Below, one piece after another: positions 47,960-57,299 of a stretch of 64,000 nucleotides of DNA. The DNA is from Candidatus Marinacidobacterium sp. (GTDB taxonomy: Bacteria > Acidobacteriota > Vicinamibacteria > Marinacidobacterales > Marinacidobacteraceae). Each line of letters opens with the position of its first letter. The first letter of the stretch is position 1. Under the pieces are notes generated by a model. It did not search any database. It was not told the origin of the DNA and saw only the letters and a list, made by a program, of their open reading frames with translations. The translations under genes and the position numbers were made by a program. Where the stretch lies: contig OZ242011.1 of the NCBI GenBank assembly GCA_965204755.1, forward strand, positions 1,344,001 through 1,408,000, in the 5' to 3' direction.

Positions 47960-49120
47960 TTGGCGCGTTCGACGGCGCGGCGGCCGGCGCTCGTCTTCGC
48001 CGGAGCGGCGTTGCTGTTTCCGGCGATCGCGGGCGCTTCGGGGCAGCCCTCGGGTTCCGACGAACGCGGCGCCCCGCTCCCGCTGGAGCGCCTGACGCTT
48101 CCTCCCGGCTTCGAGGTCGCGGTCTGGGGCCGCATACCGGGCGCCCGGTCGCTCACGCGGGGCGACCGGGGTACCGTCTTCGTGGGCACCCGCGACCCCG
48201 ACGGCAGCGTGTACGCGATCGCCGACCGGGACGGCGACCACCGGGCGGACGAACTCCACACGCTCGACGAGAACCTGTTCATGCCGAACGGCGTGGCTTT
48301 CCGCGACGGCTCGCTCTTCGTGGCCGAAGTGAACCGCATCCTCCGGTTCGACGACATCGAATCCCGCCTCGACGATCCGGGCGAGCCGACGGTCGTGACC
48401 GCCGACCTGCCGGACATGCGCCACCACGGCTGGAAGTTCATCGCGTTCAGCCCGGACGGCTACCTCCATGTTCCGGTGGGCGCGCCCTGCAACCGGTGCG
48501 ACTCGGTGAATCCGCTCTTCGCTTCCATCGCCCGGATGCGCCCCGACGGCAGCGGCCTCGAAGTCGCGGCGCGCGGTGTCCGCATGTCCGTCGGTTTCGA
48601 CTGGCACCCGGAGACCGGCGAGATGTGGTTCACGGACAACAACCCGGACTGGCTCGGCGACGACAACCCGCCGGGCGAGATGAACATCCTGACCGAGGTC
48701 GGGCAGCACTTCGGCTATCCCTACTGCCACGCGGGCGATGTCGGCGACCCCTGGTACGGCCGGGAGCGCTCCTGCGACGAGTTCGAACCGCCGACGCAGC
48801 AACTCGGCCCCCATGTGGCCGCGATCGGGATGACCTTCTACCGCGGCGACGCGTTCCCCGAGGAATACCGCGGCCATGCCTTCGTCGCCGAACACGGCTC
48901 CTGGAACCGCACCGAGCGCATCGGCTACCGCCTCACCATCGTCCGGGAGGAAGACGGCCGGGCCGTCGGCTACGAGGACTTCGTCACCGGCTGGATCGGC
49001 AAACCCGAGGAACGCCCCTGGGGCCGCCCGGTGGACCTCCTCGAACTCCCCGACGGCAGCCTCCTGGTCTCCGACGACCGCGCCGGCGCGATCTACCGGG
49101 TGTGGTATTCCGGCGGCTGA
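47960..49120 (+). CDS. Glucose/sorbosone dehydrogenase-family beta-propeller protein
   Basis: LPPGF, HHGWKFIAFSPDG, GAPCNRC, GFDWHP, HGSWNR, GRPVD. Confidence 0.88.
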   Translation: MARSTARRPALVFAGAALLFPAIAGASGQPSGSDERGAPLPLERLTLPPGFEVAVWGRIPGARSLTRGDRGTVFVGTRDPDGSVYAIADRDGDHRADELHTLDENLFMPNGVAFRDGSLFVAEVNRILRFDDIESRLDDPGEPTVVTADLPDMRHHGWKFIAFSPDGYLHVPVGAPCNRCDSVNPLFASIARMRPDGSGLEVAARGVRMSVGFDWHPETGEMWFTDNNPDWLGDDNPPGEMNILTEVGQHFGYPYCHAGDVGDPWYGRERSCDEFEPPTQQLGPHVAAIGMTFYRGDAFPEEYRGHAFVAEHGSWNRTERIGYRLTIVREEDGRAVGYEDFVTGWIGKPEERPWGRPVDLLELPDGSLLVSDDRAGAIYRVWYSGG

Positions 49121-50313
49121 TGCCCGAAAAGACACCCCCGGCCGCGTCAACGATCGGGAAGGCGAGCGCGCCGCCCGACGCCGCTCCGGACGCCGCCCCG
49201 CCGGCCGCCCGGCGTTTCGACGATCTGGAACTGGAACCGAACTCGGCAGAAGAGGAGGACCGCCGCAGTTCCGCCCCCGACTACCAGATCACGACTTATC
49301 CCACGGACTTCACGCTCGAAATCCTGCACAAGAAGTGGGAGGACGGAGAGATCGAAATCCCTCGCTTCCAACGAGGATTCGTGTGGACGAAGACACAGGC
49401 GAGCCGGCTGATCGATTCCTTCCTGCTGGGACTGCCCGTACCGGCGATCTTCCTCTACAGCGAGCACGGCAGCGACAAGTACCTCGTGATTGACGGACAG
49501 CAGCGCCTGCGCAGCGTTTTCAGTTACTTCGACGGTCGTTTCCCGCCGACCGAGGTCGGAAATCCTCCGTCCGCCGCGCAGGACAACGGCTCCGTCTTTC
49601 GCCTGGTCGGGCTCCCCTCGTCGCGCTACTACCAACACTTCGATTTCCACGGCCTGCCCGAGCGTGACCGGCGGCGCCTCCGGAACGCCGTCCTCCGCGC
49701 CTTCATCGTCAAGCAGATAGACCCCGACGACGATGCGAGCATGTACGACATCTTCGAACGGCTCAACAACGGAGGCACCCATCTCGAGAACCAGGAAATC
49801 CGCCAATGCATCTACCGCGGCCCTTTCGCCGATCTTCTCGAGGAACTCAACGAACTGGAGTCATGGCGGGTCGTCATCGGTCAGGGAGCGCCGGACAGCC
49901 GGATGCGCGACATCGAACTCATCGTCCGGTTCTTCGCTACGAGGTCTCTCGACACCTACGAGAAGCCGATGAAGCGCTTCCTCTCGCTCTATATGGCCCA
50001 CAACCGGCACGCGCCGGCGCAGACGCTCTCCGCCCATCGTGAAGTCTTCGAGGTCACTTGCACCGCGGTAGCCCGCCATCTCGGCGAGAAGCCCTTCCAC
50101 CGCCGGAGCGGCCTCCTGAGCGTCTCCGCGATGGACGCAGTCATGGTCGCGTTCTCCAAGAACCTCGGTCGCATTCCGAACGACATCCGCGCGCGATTCG
50201 AGCGTCTCCTCCACGACGATGACTTTTGTCGCAACACGACCCAGCGGACGACGGACGGCGACCGGCTGCGAGGGCGTTTCGAGCAGGCGTCGAGGAGCCT
50301 GTTCCATTCGTAG
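49120..50313 (+). CDS. DUF262 (GmrSD N-terminal, ParB/Srx-like) protein
   Basis: IPRFQRGFVW, IDGQQRL, IFERLNNGG; ATG overlaps the upstream stop (TGATG). Confidence 0.92.
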   Translation: MPEKTPPAASTIGKASAPPDAAPDAAPPAARRFDDLELEPNSAEEEDRRSSAPDYQITTYPTDFTLEILHKKWEDGEIEIPRFQRGFVWTKTQASRLIDSFLLGLPVPAIFLYSEHGSDKYLVIDGQQRLRSVFSYFDGRFPPTEVGNPPSAAQDNGSVFRLVGLPSSRYYQHFDFHGLPERDRRRLRNAVLRAFIVKQIDPDDDASMYDIFERLNNGGTHLENQEIRQCIYRGPFADLLEELNELESWRVVIGQGAPDSRMRDIELIVRFFATRSLDTYEKPMKRFLSLYMAHNRHAPAQTLSAHREVFEVTCTAVARHLGEKPFHRRSGLLSVSAMDAVMVAFSKNLGRIPNDIRARFERLLHDDDFCRNTTQRTTDGDRLRGRFEQASRSLFHS

Positions 50314-50327
50314 GCGGACTGCGACCC

Positions 50328-50828
50328 GTGCGGCTTCCCCGAGTCGAAGAGGCGCTTACGGAGTGCCGCCGGCACTTGGCGGCCGAGGGCGATGTCGGAG
50401 CGTCCGTGCGGAGCCTGCTGGCCCAAGCCGTGTTGATCCTGATCTACGCGGAGTTCGACCGGGCGATTCGGGAACAACTCATGCGACGATGCGCCGACAT
50501 TCCCGACCCCGAGGTCCGACGCTTCGTAGCCAACTGCGTGGACAGCGTGTTTCGAAGTCTGGGAATCGGCGCGCTCGCCGGTCTGCTCGGGCGGTTCGAT
50601 GACGAGGCCCGCCAGGAGTTCCAGAGGCGCGTGGACCGGGACACGAACGAAAAGTACGACAGCCTGATCCGCAGCCGAAACATCGTCGCCCACGGCGACG
50701 GGGCGGCGCCGACTCTGGAAGAAGTCGAGGAATACTACGAGCGCGCTCATGTCGTGCTCGATCACTTTCGGTACGCCCTCTTCGCCCGGGAGTCGTCCGA
50801 GAATCGGACGCCGACGGAGGCCGGCTGA
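50328..50828 (+). CDS. HEPN-domain protein (putative RNase)
   Basis: Helical protein with YAEF and the R-x4-H motif RNIVAH; follows DUF262; GTG start inferred. Confidence 0.8.
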   Translation: MRLPRVEEALTECRRHLAAEGDVGASVRSLLAQAVLILIYAEFDRAIREQLMRRCADIPDPEVRRFVANCVDSVFRSLGIGALAGLLGRFDDEARQEFQRRVDRDTNEKYDSLIRSRNIVAHGDGAAPTLEEVEEYYERAHVVLDHFRYALFARESSENRTPTEAG

Positions 50829-50832
50829 CTCC

Positions 50833-52791
50833 ATGTCGCCAAAATTCTTGGCCGTCGCCGGCGGAGTCCTGGCGAGCGCGGTGAACACCGGAGTCGGCGC
50901 CCAGGACCGGACGCCCGGCGACTGGCCGCATTACGCAGCGGATCTGGCTTCCACGCGGTACTCGCCGCTGGAGCAGATCCACGCCGGGAATGTCGCGGAC
51001 CTGGAAATCATCTGGCGGTGGACTTCGCGGAACTTCGGGCCGCGGACGGACTGGAACCTGCGGACGACGCCGCTGCTGATCGACGGCGTGCTCTACGCGA
51101 CGGCCGGGGCGCGGCGGGTCGCCGTGGCCATCGACGCCGCAAACGGGGAAACGCTGTGGATGTACCGACTCGACGAGGGACGGCGGGGACGGTCGGCGCC
51201 CCGGCAGACCTCCGGGCGGGGCCTCTCCTTCTGGTCGGACGGGGAGGAGGCGCGGCTCTTCCTCGTGTCCCCGGCGTATCGGCTCATCGCGCTCGACGCG
51301 GCCGCCGGACGGCCGATCCCGAACTTCGGGCTGGACGGGATGGTGGACCTCCGGCGCGATCTCGGCCGGGAAGTGGACCTCGAACGCGCGCCCATCGGCG
51401 CCGGGTCGCCCCCCACCGTGGTCGGGGATGTCATCGTGGTGGGCGCGGCGCTGCCGAGCGGAGGGGCGCCGCCTTCGCCGGAGAACCCGCCCTCGCCGGT
51501 GCGCGGCTACGACGCCCGCACCGGGGAGTTGCTCTGGACCTTCCACACGATCCCCCGCCGCGGCGAATACGGCTGGGAAACCTGGGAACAGGACAGTTGG
51601 CGGTTCACCGGCAACGGCGGCGTGTGGAGTTGGATGAGCGCGGACCCGGAACTCGGCCTGGTCTATCTGCCGACGGAAGCGGCGACCGGCGACTACTACG
51701 GCGGGCACCGCCCCGGCGACAACCTGTTCACGCAAAGCGTCGTCGCGCTGGACGCCCGCACCGGATTGCGGAAGTGGCACTTCCAGACGGTCCATCACGG
51801 CATCTGGGACTACGACCTGCCCACCGCCCCGGTGCTGCTCGACCTGACCGTGGACGGACGCGGGATCCCGGCGCTCGCCCAGGTCACCAAGCAAGGCTTC
51901 ACCTTCGTCTTCGACCGCCGCACCGGGGAACCGGTCTGGCCCATCGAGGAACGCCCGGTGGCGCGGTCGGAAGTCCCCGGGGAACGCGCGGCGCCGACGC
52001 AACCCTTCCCGACGAAGCCGCCGCCGTTCCAGCGGCAGGGAGTCTCGAAGGACGACCTCCTCGACCTGACCCCGGAACTCCGCGCCGAAGCGGAAGAAAT
52101 CGCCGAGCGCTACACCTTCGGCCCGCTCTACACCCCGCCGACCGTGATGGAAGAGGGCGGCAACCGGGGCACGCTCACCGTTCCGGGCGCGCTCGGCGGC
52201 GCGAACTGGCCGAGCGTGGCCGCCGACCCGGAAACCGGAGTCCTCTATGTCTCCTCCGGCCTCGACCTGAATGTGCTCGGCCTGGTGCACGACCCGAAAC
52301 GCTCCGCCATGCGTTTCATCCTCGGCCGAGGCCCGGACCGCGTGCTCCCCGAAGGCGGCGGCCCGCAGGGGCTCCCGCTGCTGAAACCGCCCTGGGGCCG
52401 CATCACCGCCATAGACCTCAACCGCGGCGAGATCCTCTGGTGGATGCCGAACAGCGACGCGCCGGATTGGGTGCGCGACCACCCGGCGCTCTCCGGCGTG
52501 GAACTCGGCCGCACCGGGCAGCGCGACCGCGGCGGCCTGCTCGTAACGAAGACGCTGCTCTTCGCCGGGGAAGGAAGCGGCCTGTTCGCCGCCTACGGCT
52601 CCGGCGGCCCCATGCTCCGCGCCCACGACAAGACCACCGGCGAGATCCGGTGGGAGTTCGAGTTGCCGGCGAACCAGTCGGGCACGCCGATGACCGGACT
52701 GGTGGACGGTCGCCAAGTCATCGTCGTCGCCGTGGGCGCGCGCGAGTTCCCGGGGGAACTCGTCGCCCTGGCGCTGCCGCGCCGCGAATAG
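50833..52791 (+). CDS. PQQ-dependent (quinoprotein glucose dehydrogenase-like) dehydrogenase
   Basis: TRYSPLEQI, repeated A.DA.TG..LW propeller motifs, HHGIWDYD, KPPWGRITAIDL. Confidence 0.9.
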   Translation: MSPKFLAVAGGVLASAVNTGVGAQDRTPGDWPHYAADLASTRYSPLEQIHAGNVADLEIIWRWTSRNFGPRTDWNLRTTPLLIDGVLYATAGARRVAVAIDAANGETLWMYRLDEGRRGRSAPRQTSGRGLSFWSDGEEARLFLVSPAYRLIALDAAAGRPIPNFGLDGMVDLRRDLGREVDLERAPIGAGSPPTVVGDVIVVGAALPSGGAPPSPENPPSPVRGYDARTGELLWTFHTIPRRGEYGWETWEQDSWRFTGNGGVWSWMSADPELGLVYLPTEAATGDYYGGHRPGDNLFTQSVVALDARTGLRKWHFQTVHHGIWDYDLPTAPVLLDLTVDGRGIPALAQVTKQGFTFVFDRRTGEPVWPIEERPVARSEVPGERAAPTQPFPTKPPPFQRQGVSKDDLLDLTPELRAEAEEIAERYTFGPLYTPPTVMEEGGNRGTLTVPGALGGANWPSVAADPETGVLYVSSGLDLNVLGLVHDPKRSAMRFILGRGPDRVLPEGGGPQGLPLLKPPWGRITAIDLNRGEILWWMPNSDAPDWVRDHPALSGVELGRTGQRDRGGLLVTKTLLFAGEGSGLFAAYGSGGPMLRAHDKTTGEIRWEFELPANQSGTPMTGLVDGRQVIVVAVGAREFPGELVALALPRRE

Positions 52792-52813
52792 ACCGGAAAG
52801 AGGAACCACCCGA

Positions 52814-53404
52814 ATGAGCGCCGCCACGACGAACCTCACCCGCGCCGAAGCGTGGGCGCATCTCACCGACTGGTGCGAGACCGACTCGCTCCGCAAGCAC
52901 GCGCGGGCGGTGGAAGTCGTCATGCGCGCCGCCGCCCGGCGTTACGGCGAACCGGACGCCGACCCCGAGGTCTGGGGCATCGCCGGAATGCTCCACGATG
53001 CCGACTACGAGAAGTGGCCGGAAGACCACCCGAACCGGATCGTGGCCTGGTTGCGCGAGCGGGGCGAAGAGGCGCTGGCCTACGCCATCTCCGGCCACTA
53101 CACGAAGTGGGGCGTCCCGCTGAACTCGCCCCTCGACAAGGCGCTGCTGGCCTGCGACGAACTCACCGGCTTCATCGTCGCCTGCTGCCTCGTCCGCCCG
53201 GAAGGCGTCTCCACCCTCGCCCCGAAGAGCGTCCGCAAGAAACTCAAGGACAAGGCGTTCGCCGCCAAGGTGGAACGCGCCGAGTGCCTCGCCGGAGCGG
53301 AGTTGCTGGGCGTCGAGTTGAACACCCACATCGAGTTCATCATCTCCGCCCTCCGCCCCCACGCCGAAGAACTGCGAATCACCGGCCGCCGCCTGTCCGG
53401 CTGA
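52814..53404 (+). CDS. HD-domain (HDIG-type) metal-dependent hydrolase
   Basis: LRKHARAVE, GMLHDADYE, ACDELTG. Confidence 0.85.
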   Translation: MSAATTNLTRAEAWAHLTDWCETDSLRKHARAVEVVMRAAARRYGEPDADPEVWGIAGMLHDADYEKWPEDHPNRIVAWLRERGEEALAYAISGHYTKWGVPLNSPLDKALLACDELTGFIVACCLVRPEGVSTLAPKSVRKKLKDKAFAAKVERAECLAGAELLGVELNTHIEFIISALRPHAEELRITGRRLSG

Positions 53405-53535
53405 GACCCGCGGGGAGAGCGCCCTGCCCTCCCCTTCTCGACCGGAAGGAACCTCCGTTCCGTTCCTTGGCGGGTTGCTCTCCCCATTGGCTCGCGGCGC
53501 AAATCGCTTCAACGATCCCTCCGCCACGAACGGCC

Positions 53536-53778
53536 TCAGTAACGGCGTCCCTCCTCGAACAGCGCCCGGATCGAAATCCCGCCGAGGTCATGGGTTCGCT
53601 GGAACACCTCCAGTCGTTCGATCGCGTTCTGGATCGTCTCCTCGTTGCGAGCAGCCACCGGCCGCAACTCGGCCACCGCCCGACCGCGCCTGGTGATGAC
53701 GAACCGCTCCCCCGCCTCGACCAGCCGAAGCAGACGCGAGAGAGCGGCTCTGGCCGAGGCGGCTCCGACCCGCTCCAT
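53536..53778 (-). CDS. Phd/YefM-family antitoxin with no intact downstream toxin
   Basis: VGAASARAALSRLLRLVEAGERFVITRRGRAVAELRP. Confidence 0.85.
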   Translation of the reverse strand: MERVGAASARAALSRLLRLVEAGERFVITRRGRAVAELRPVAARNEETIQNAIERLEVFQRTHDLGGISIRALFEEGRRY

Positions 53779-53834
53779 CGGATGACCGCCCATTCTGACC
53801 TTGGAACGGCGCCCGGACTCGTCCCAGCCTACTT

Positions 53835-55097
53835 CTATGCCGATGCCTCGTCCGGCAAGGGCCGGAGAGCGGGCCTTCGCATCACACCCCTGCTGCCTAT
53901 CGCCAGATGCACCCAAGGGCCGGAATCACGCCTGAACTTGGGGGCCGGCAACCCAGCCTGGCGGCATCCATCGATCATTCGCAGCGTCCCGGTCCCTTTC
54001 GTCTCCATGTAGCGCGTCTGTCGCAACGCGCGCACGATCGCCCGGTTGCGGGGAACGGAGGGATGCGGCTCCGACAGGGCCGACACCGACAGCGAGGTCG
54101 GCAACTTCCCGGGGTTGATGATCTCCAGGCGGTCCGGGAAGAGCATCACCTGCACGCTCGCAGCACTGAAGTAGTCCCGATGAGCGACCGCATTGACGAT
54201 AGCCTCTGTCACCACCGCTTCCGGAAACTGCGGACCGCAGGGCACCCTCGGCCCGTCCGTCCGCAGACCCATCCGGGAAGACAAGCGACTCAAGACGAAT
54301 TCTGTCGCGCGTTCGATCGCCCCGAAGATCGGCCCCTCTACGAACGAAGTCGCCGCTATGGGCGATGCGGCGTGGAGACCGCGGAACTGGACGCATTTGA
54401 TGACGGCGGACGGGTGGAACTTGGTCGGGCAAGCGCCGAACAGGAGCACGGCCGCATTCGTCAAACGCTCGTCGTCGCCGAGGTCGAGATATCTCAGCAC
54501 TTCGGCGACTCCGGGATCGCGTCCGAGGCGCCGACGAACGGGTTCCCGGGCGCGCCTCAGAAAGGCGCCGACCGGTTCCTCTCCAAGGTCGGCCAAGGAG
54601 GCTCTCGGGCATCGGGCTTCGTCGAACCGCTCGGTGCGCAGTACTCCGTAGTCCAGAAGATAGGTGACAAGAGAATCCAGAACCGCAGCCCGGAGTGAAT
54701 CGGAGTCCGTGAAATCGGTTCGAACGGCCGACTGTTCCGCTTTACGGATCAGGGCCGTCATCCTCGGATCTCGTTGAGCGTCGTCGCCTCCCTTCACGAA
54801 GATGAGTCGCTTCTTCCGACCGACACTCGCTCGATCGAACTCCTCTTCCGTGGGTGAGATCGAGCCCGCGGCGTCGCCGTAGGCCGCTCCGAAAAGGCCG
54901 ACAAACACATCGCATTTGTCGAGGGCATCTCGGCGGGCGGGCGACGGCGCCGAATCCGCAACGAAGGGCCGCTCGACGAGGGATACAGTGAAGCACCGAC
55001 GCAGGACCGGGTTGCCGCGCACCTGCTCTTCGAGCATTCTTCGTTCGTCTCGGAACTCCGCCTCCAAGCCACTCACGAAGAGCCGGAATCGCTCCAT
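53835..55097 (-). CDS. DUF4062-like domain plus RecG-C/HATPase_c_4-like domain protein, possibly C-terminally truncated
   Basis: LFVSG..EF.DER, CDVFVGLFGAAYG, SPTEEEFD; TNAAVLLFG, EAIVNAVAHRDY, RLEIINPG, GTGT. Confidence 0.75.
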   Translation of the reverse strand: MERFRLFVSGLEAEFRDERRMLEEQVRGNPVLRRCFTVSLVERPFVADSAPSPARRDALDKCDVFVGLFGAAYGDAAGSISPTEEEFDRASVGRKKRLIFVKGGDDAQRDPRMTALIRKAEQSAVRTDFTDSDSLRAAVLDSLVTYLLDYGVLRTERFDEARCPRASLADLGEEPVGAFLRRAREPVRRRLGRDPGVAEVLRYLDLGDDERLTNAAVLLFGACPTKFHPSAVIKCVQFRGLHAASPIAATSFVEGPIFGAIERATEFVLSRLSSRMGLRTDGPRVPCGPQFPEAVVTEAIVNAVAHRDYFSAASVQVMLFPDRLEIINPGKLPTSLSVSALSEPHPSVPRNRAIVRALRQTRYMETKGTGTLRMIDGCRQAGLPAPKFRRDSGPWVHLAIGSRGVMRRPALRPLPDEASA

Positions 55098-55154
55098 GTC
55101 CGCCTCGATGCCTCCTGCCGAGGCGAAGTGTAGACGCGCGGAAACCCTTGGCGC

Positions 55155-57299
55155 TCAGCGGCCGAGGGACGGCCATAGGGAGACCAGGAATCGTTCCTGG
55201 CGGACGGGGATTCGGACGCGGCCGGTCATTCCGTCATAGACGGAGTGTTCGGGGCCGAACTCGTAGACGACGCTCGCCGGGAGGTCGGCGTAGACCAAGG
55301 CCACCGGGCGGCCGGTGAACTCCTCGGGGAGGGGGCGGCGGAGCAGGGCGCGGGCTTCTTCCCCCTCCACGACTTCGCCGCTGACCGAGCGGGCGGTCAG
55401 GTGCAGGGGGATGCCGGGAAACTGGTCCAACTCGGCTTCGACCTGGAGGCCGGAGTGGAGCAGGGGGCGGTAGTTACCGGGGACGGCGGCCACGATCTCG
55501 AACGCGGCGTCCTCGCTGTGGATGGCCGCCACGGTCTGCCCCGGCGCGACCACGGCGCCGGTCTGGACGAGGATGTCCGCGAGGACGCCGTCCACCGGGG
55601 CGGTGAAGGCGCGGGCTTCCAGGGCGGCGCGCGCTTCCCGGCTGGTCGCCCGCAGGGTCGCCAGACCCGATCCGGCGCCGGGTTCGTCGGGATAGCGGAG
55701 GTAGCGGACCAGGTTCTCCTCGTACTCCTGTTCCAGCCGCTGGACGAGAGCCAGTTCGTTCGCGTCGTAGAGCGTGCCGATGACCGCGCCGGCGCTGACC
55801 GGCGCGCCCGGGGTCAACCGCACCTCCTCCACCGTTCCGGCGGCGTTCGCGACGACGGGGGTTCGGCCGAGGCTGTGGACGAACGCCGCCCCCTCGGCGT
55901 ATTCCGTGCTCCGTCCGAGGATGAGGAAGGTGAAGAAGCCCACGAGGAGGGCGGCCAGCGCGACCACGATCCAGTTGCCCCAGCGTTCCGAGACATCGAG
56001 GATGGAGGAGGCGCCGCGGTCGGCCCGGCGGTGCTCCTCCAGGGCTTCCGGGCGGAAGATGGACGGGTCGGCGGGGCCGCCCCCGCCCTCCAACCGCTGC
56101 TCTTCCCGGAGCGCCGACAGCGGGGCGCTGAATTCCCGGGCGAGCAGGCGGCCGGCGGGAACCCAACCACGCGCGAGGCGGCTCTCTTCGTTCCGCGGTC
56201 GCAGCGTCAGGACACCCAGCACCGTGCCGGCCAAGTCACGGATCGGGAGCGCGACGAGCCCGCGGCCCGCCATGGGCGCCGCGTCCAGGGCCGGGTCGTA
56301 GAAGACGCTCTCTTCGGGCCGGGGCTCCTCCACCGAAACGCCGGCTCGCGCCGCGTAGGAGATCAACCCGACCGCCGCGCTGTCCACGCTCTCCGCCTCC
56401 GCCACCGGCTGGGGGCCGATCAGCGCGTCCGCCCAGTCGTCGCAGGCGTACACCGACGCCACCGCTTCGGGCATCCGCTGCTCGGCGCGCGCCGCCAGGT
56501 CGCCCAGCGTCTGTTGGACCGCGCGGCGCCGGCGCAGGCTGGCCGAGTCGTACCAGTCCCGCTCCGGGATCTCGTAGTCCTCGCCGTCGGTCTCGCCGAA
56601 GAGGGCGCGGTGGGCGCGGCGCAGGACGGCCTGCTCCGCCGCAGCCAGCGCGAGCCCGGCCAGGAGCCGAGGCTCGGGCCAGCCGCGGCAGACGAAGAAG
56701 GCGGCGCCGGTCGCCGCCAGTTCGCTCCGCCAACCGGACGGGGCGCCGCCCCGGGCGACCAGGATCGGGCGAAGACCGGGGAAGTTCTCGACCGCCGGCC
56801 GGACCGCGGCTTCGGCGGGATCGTGCGGCGGCCGGCAACCGAGCAGCAAGGCCCCGACGGCGTCGTCGTCCCGGACTTCGCCGACCGGAACGACCTCGAT
56901 CCCGGCGAGACCCGGGACCTCCCGAAGCCAAGGAACCGCCGCCTCGTCGTCCACCGCGACCACCGCCGGAGCGAGCCGGGAGAGGGCCGCCGCATCCCGA
57001 CCCCCGGCGTCTTCGGCGAGATGCAGGGTCGCCGACCGAACCGCCCGGGCGCCGCTGCCGAGCGCCGGCCCGAGCCGGAAGTCCGCCACGCGCGCCCACG
57101 CCCCGCCGCGCGCCGAGCGCAGCCGCAAGGAGAGTTCGACGCCCTCCGCCGCCCCGTCGCGCCCGGCGGCCGCATCCGCCTCCCGAAGACCCACCCGCGC
57201 CTGCCGCTCGCCCACCTCCAGCAACCAAGCGGAACACGACCACCCCCCGACGCGCATCTCCGCGGCCGCCGAAACGCGCCGAAGACCCCCGCCGCTCAC
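55155..57299 (-). CDS. HlyD-family secretion adaptor with N-terminal signalling-like domains (PilZ-like, receiver-like, GAF)
   Basis: IFRPEALE followed by a TM helix, lipoyl-like ANAAGTVEEV and APVDGVL; upstream VVAVDDE and LVALPIRD...VLGVL; start 57299 (GTGA overlap) or 57257. Confidence 0.75.
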   Translation of the reverse strand: MSGGGLRRVSAAAEMRVGGWSCSAWLLEVGERQARVGLREADAAAGRDGAAEGVELSLRLRSARGGAWARVADFRLGPALGSGARAVRSATLHLAEDAGGRDAAALSRLAPAVVAVDDEAAVPWLREVPGLAGIEVVPVGEVRDDDAVGALLLGCRPPHDPAEAAVRPAVENFPGLRPILVARGGAPSGWRSELAATGAAFFVCRGWPEPRLLAGLALAAAEQAVLRRAHRALFGETDGEDYEIPERDWYDSASLRRRRAVQQTLGDLAARAEQRMPEAVASVYACDDWADALIGPQPVAEAESVDSAAVGLISYAARAGVSVEEPRPEESVFYDPALDAAPMAGRGLVALPIRDLAGTVLGVLTLRPRNEESRLARGWVPAGRLLAREFSAPLSALREEQRLEGGGGPADPSIFRPEALEEHRRADRGASSILDVSERWGNWIVVALAALLVGFFTFLILGRSTEYAEGAAFVHSLGRTPVVANAAGTVEEVRLTPGAPVSAGAVIGTLYDANELALVQRLEQEYEENLVRYLRYPDEPGAGSGLATLRATSREARAALEARAFTAPVDGVLADILVQTGAVVAPGQTVAAIHSEDAAFEIVAAVPGNYRPLLHSGLQVEAELDQFPGIPLHLTARSVSGEVVEGEEARALLRRPLPEEFTGRPVALVYADLPASVVYEFGPEHSVYDGMTGRVRIPVRQERFLVSLWPSLGR

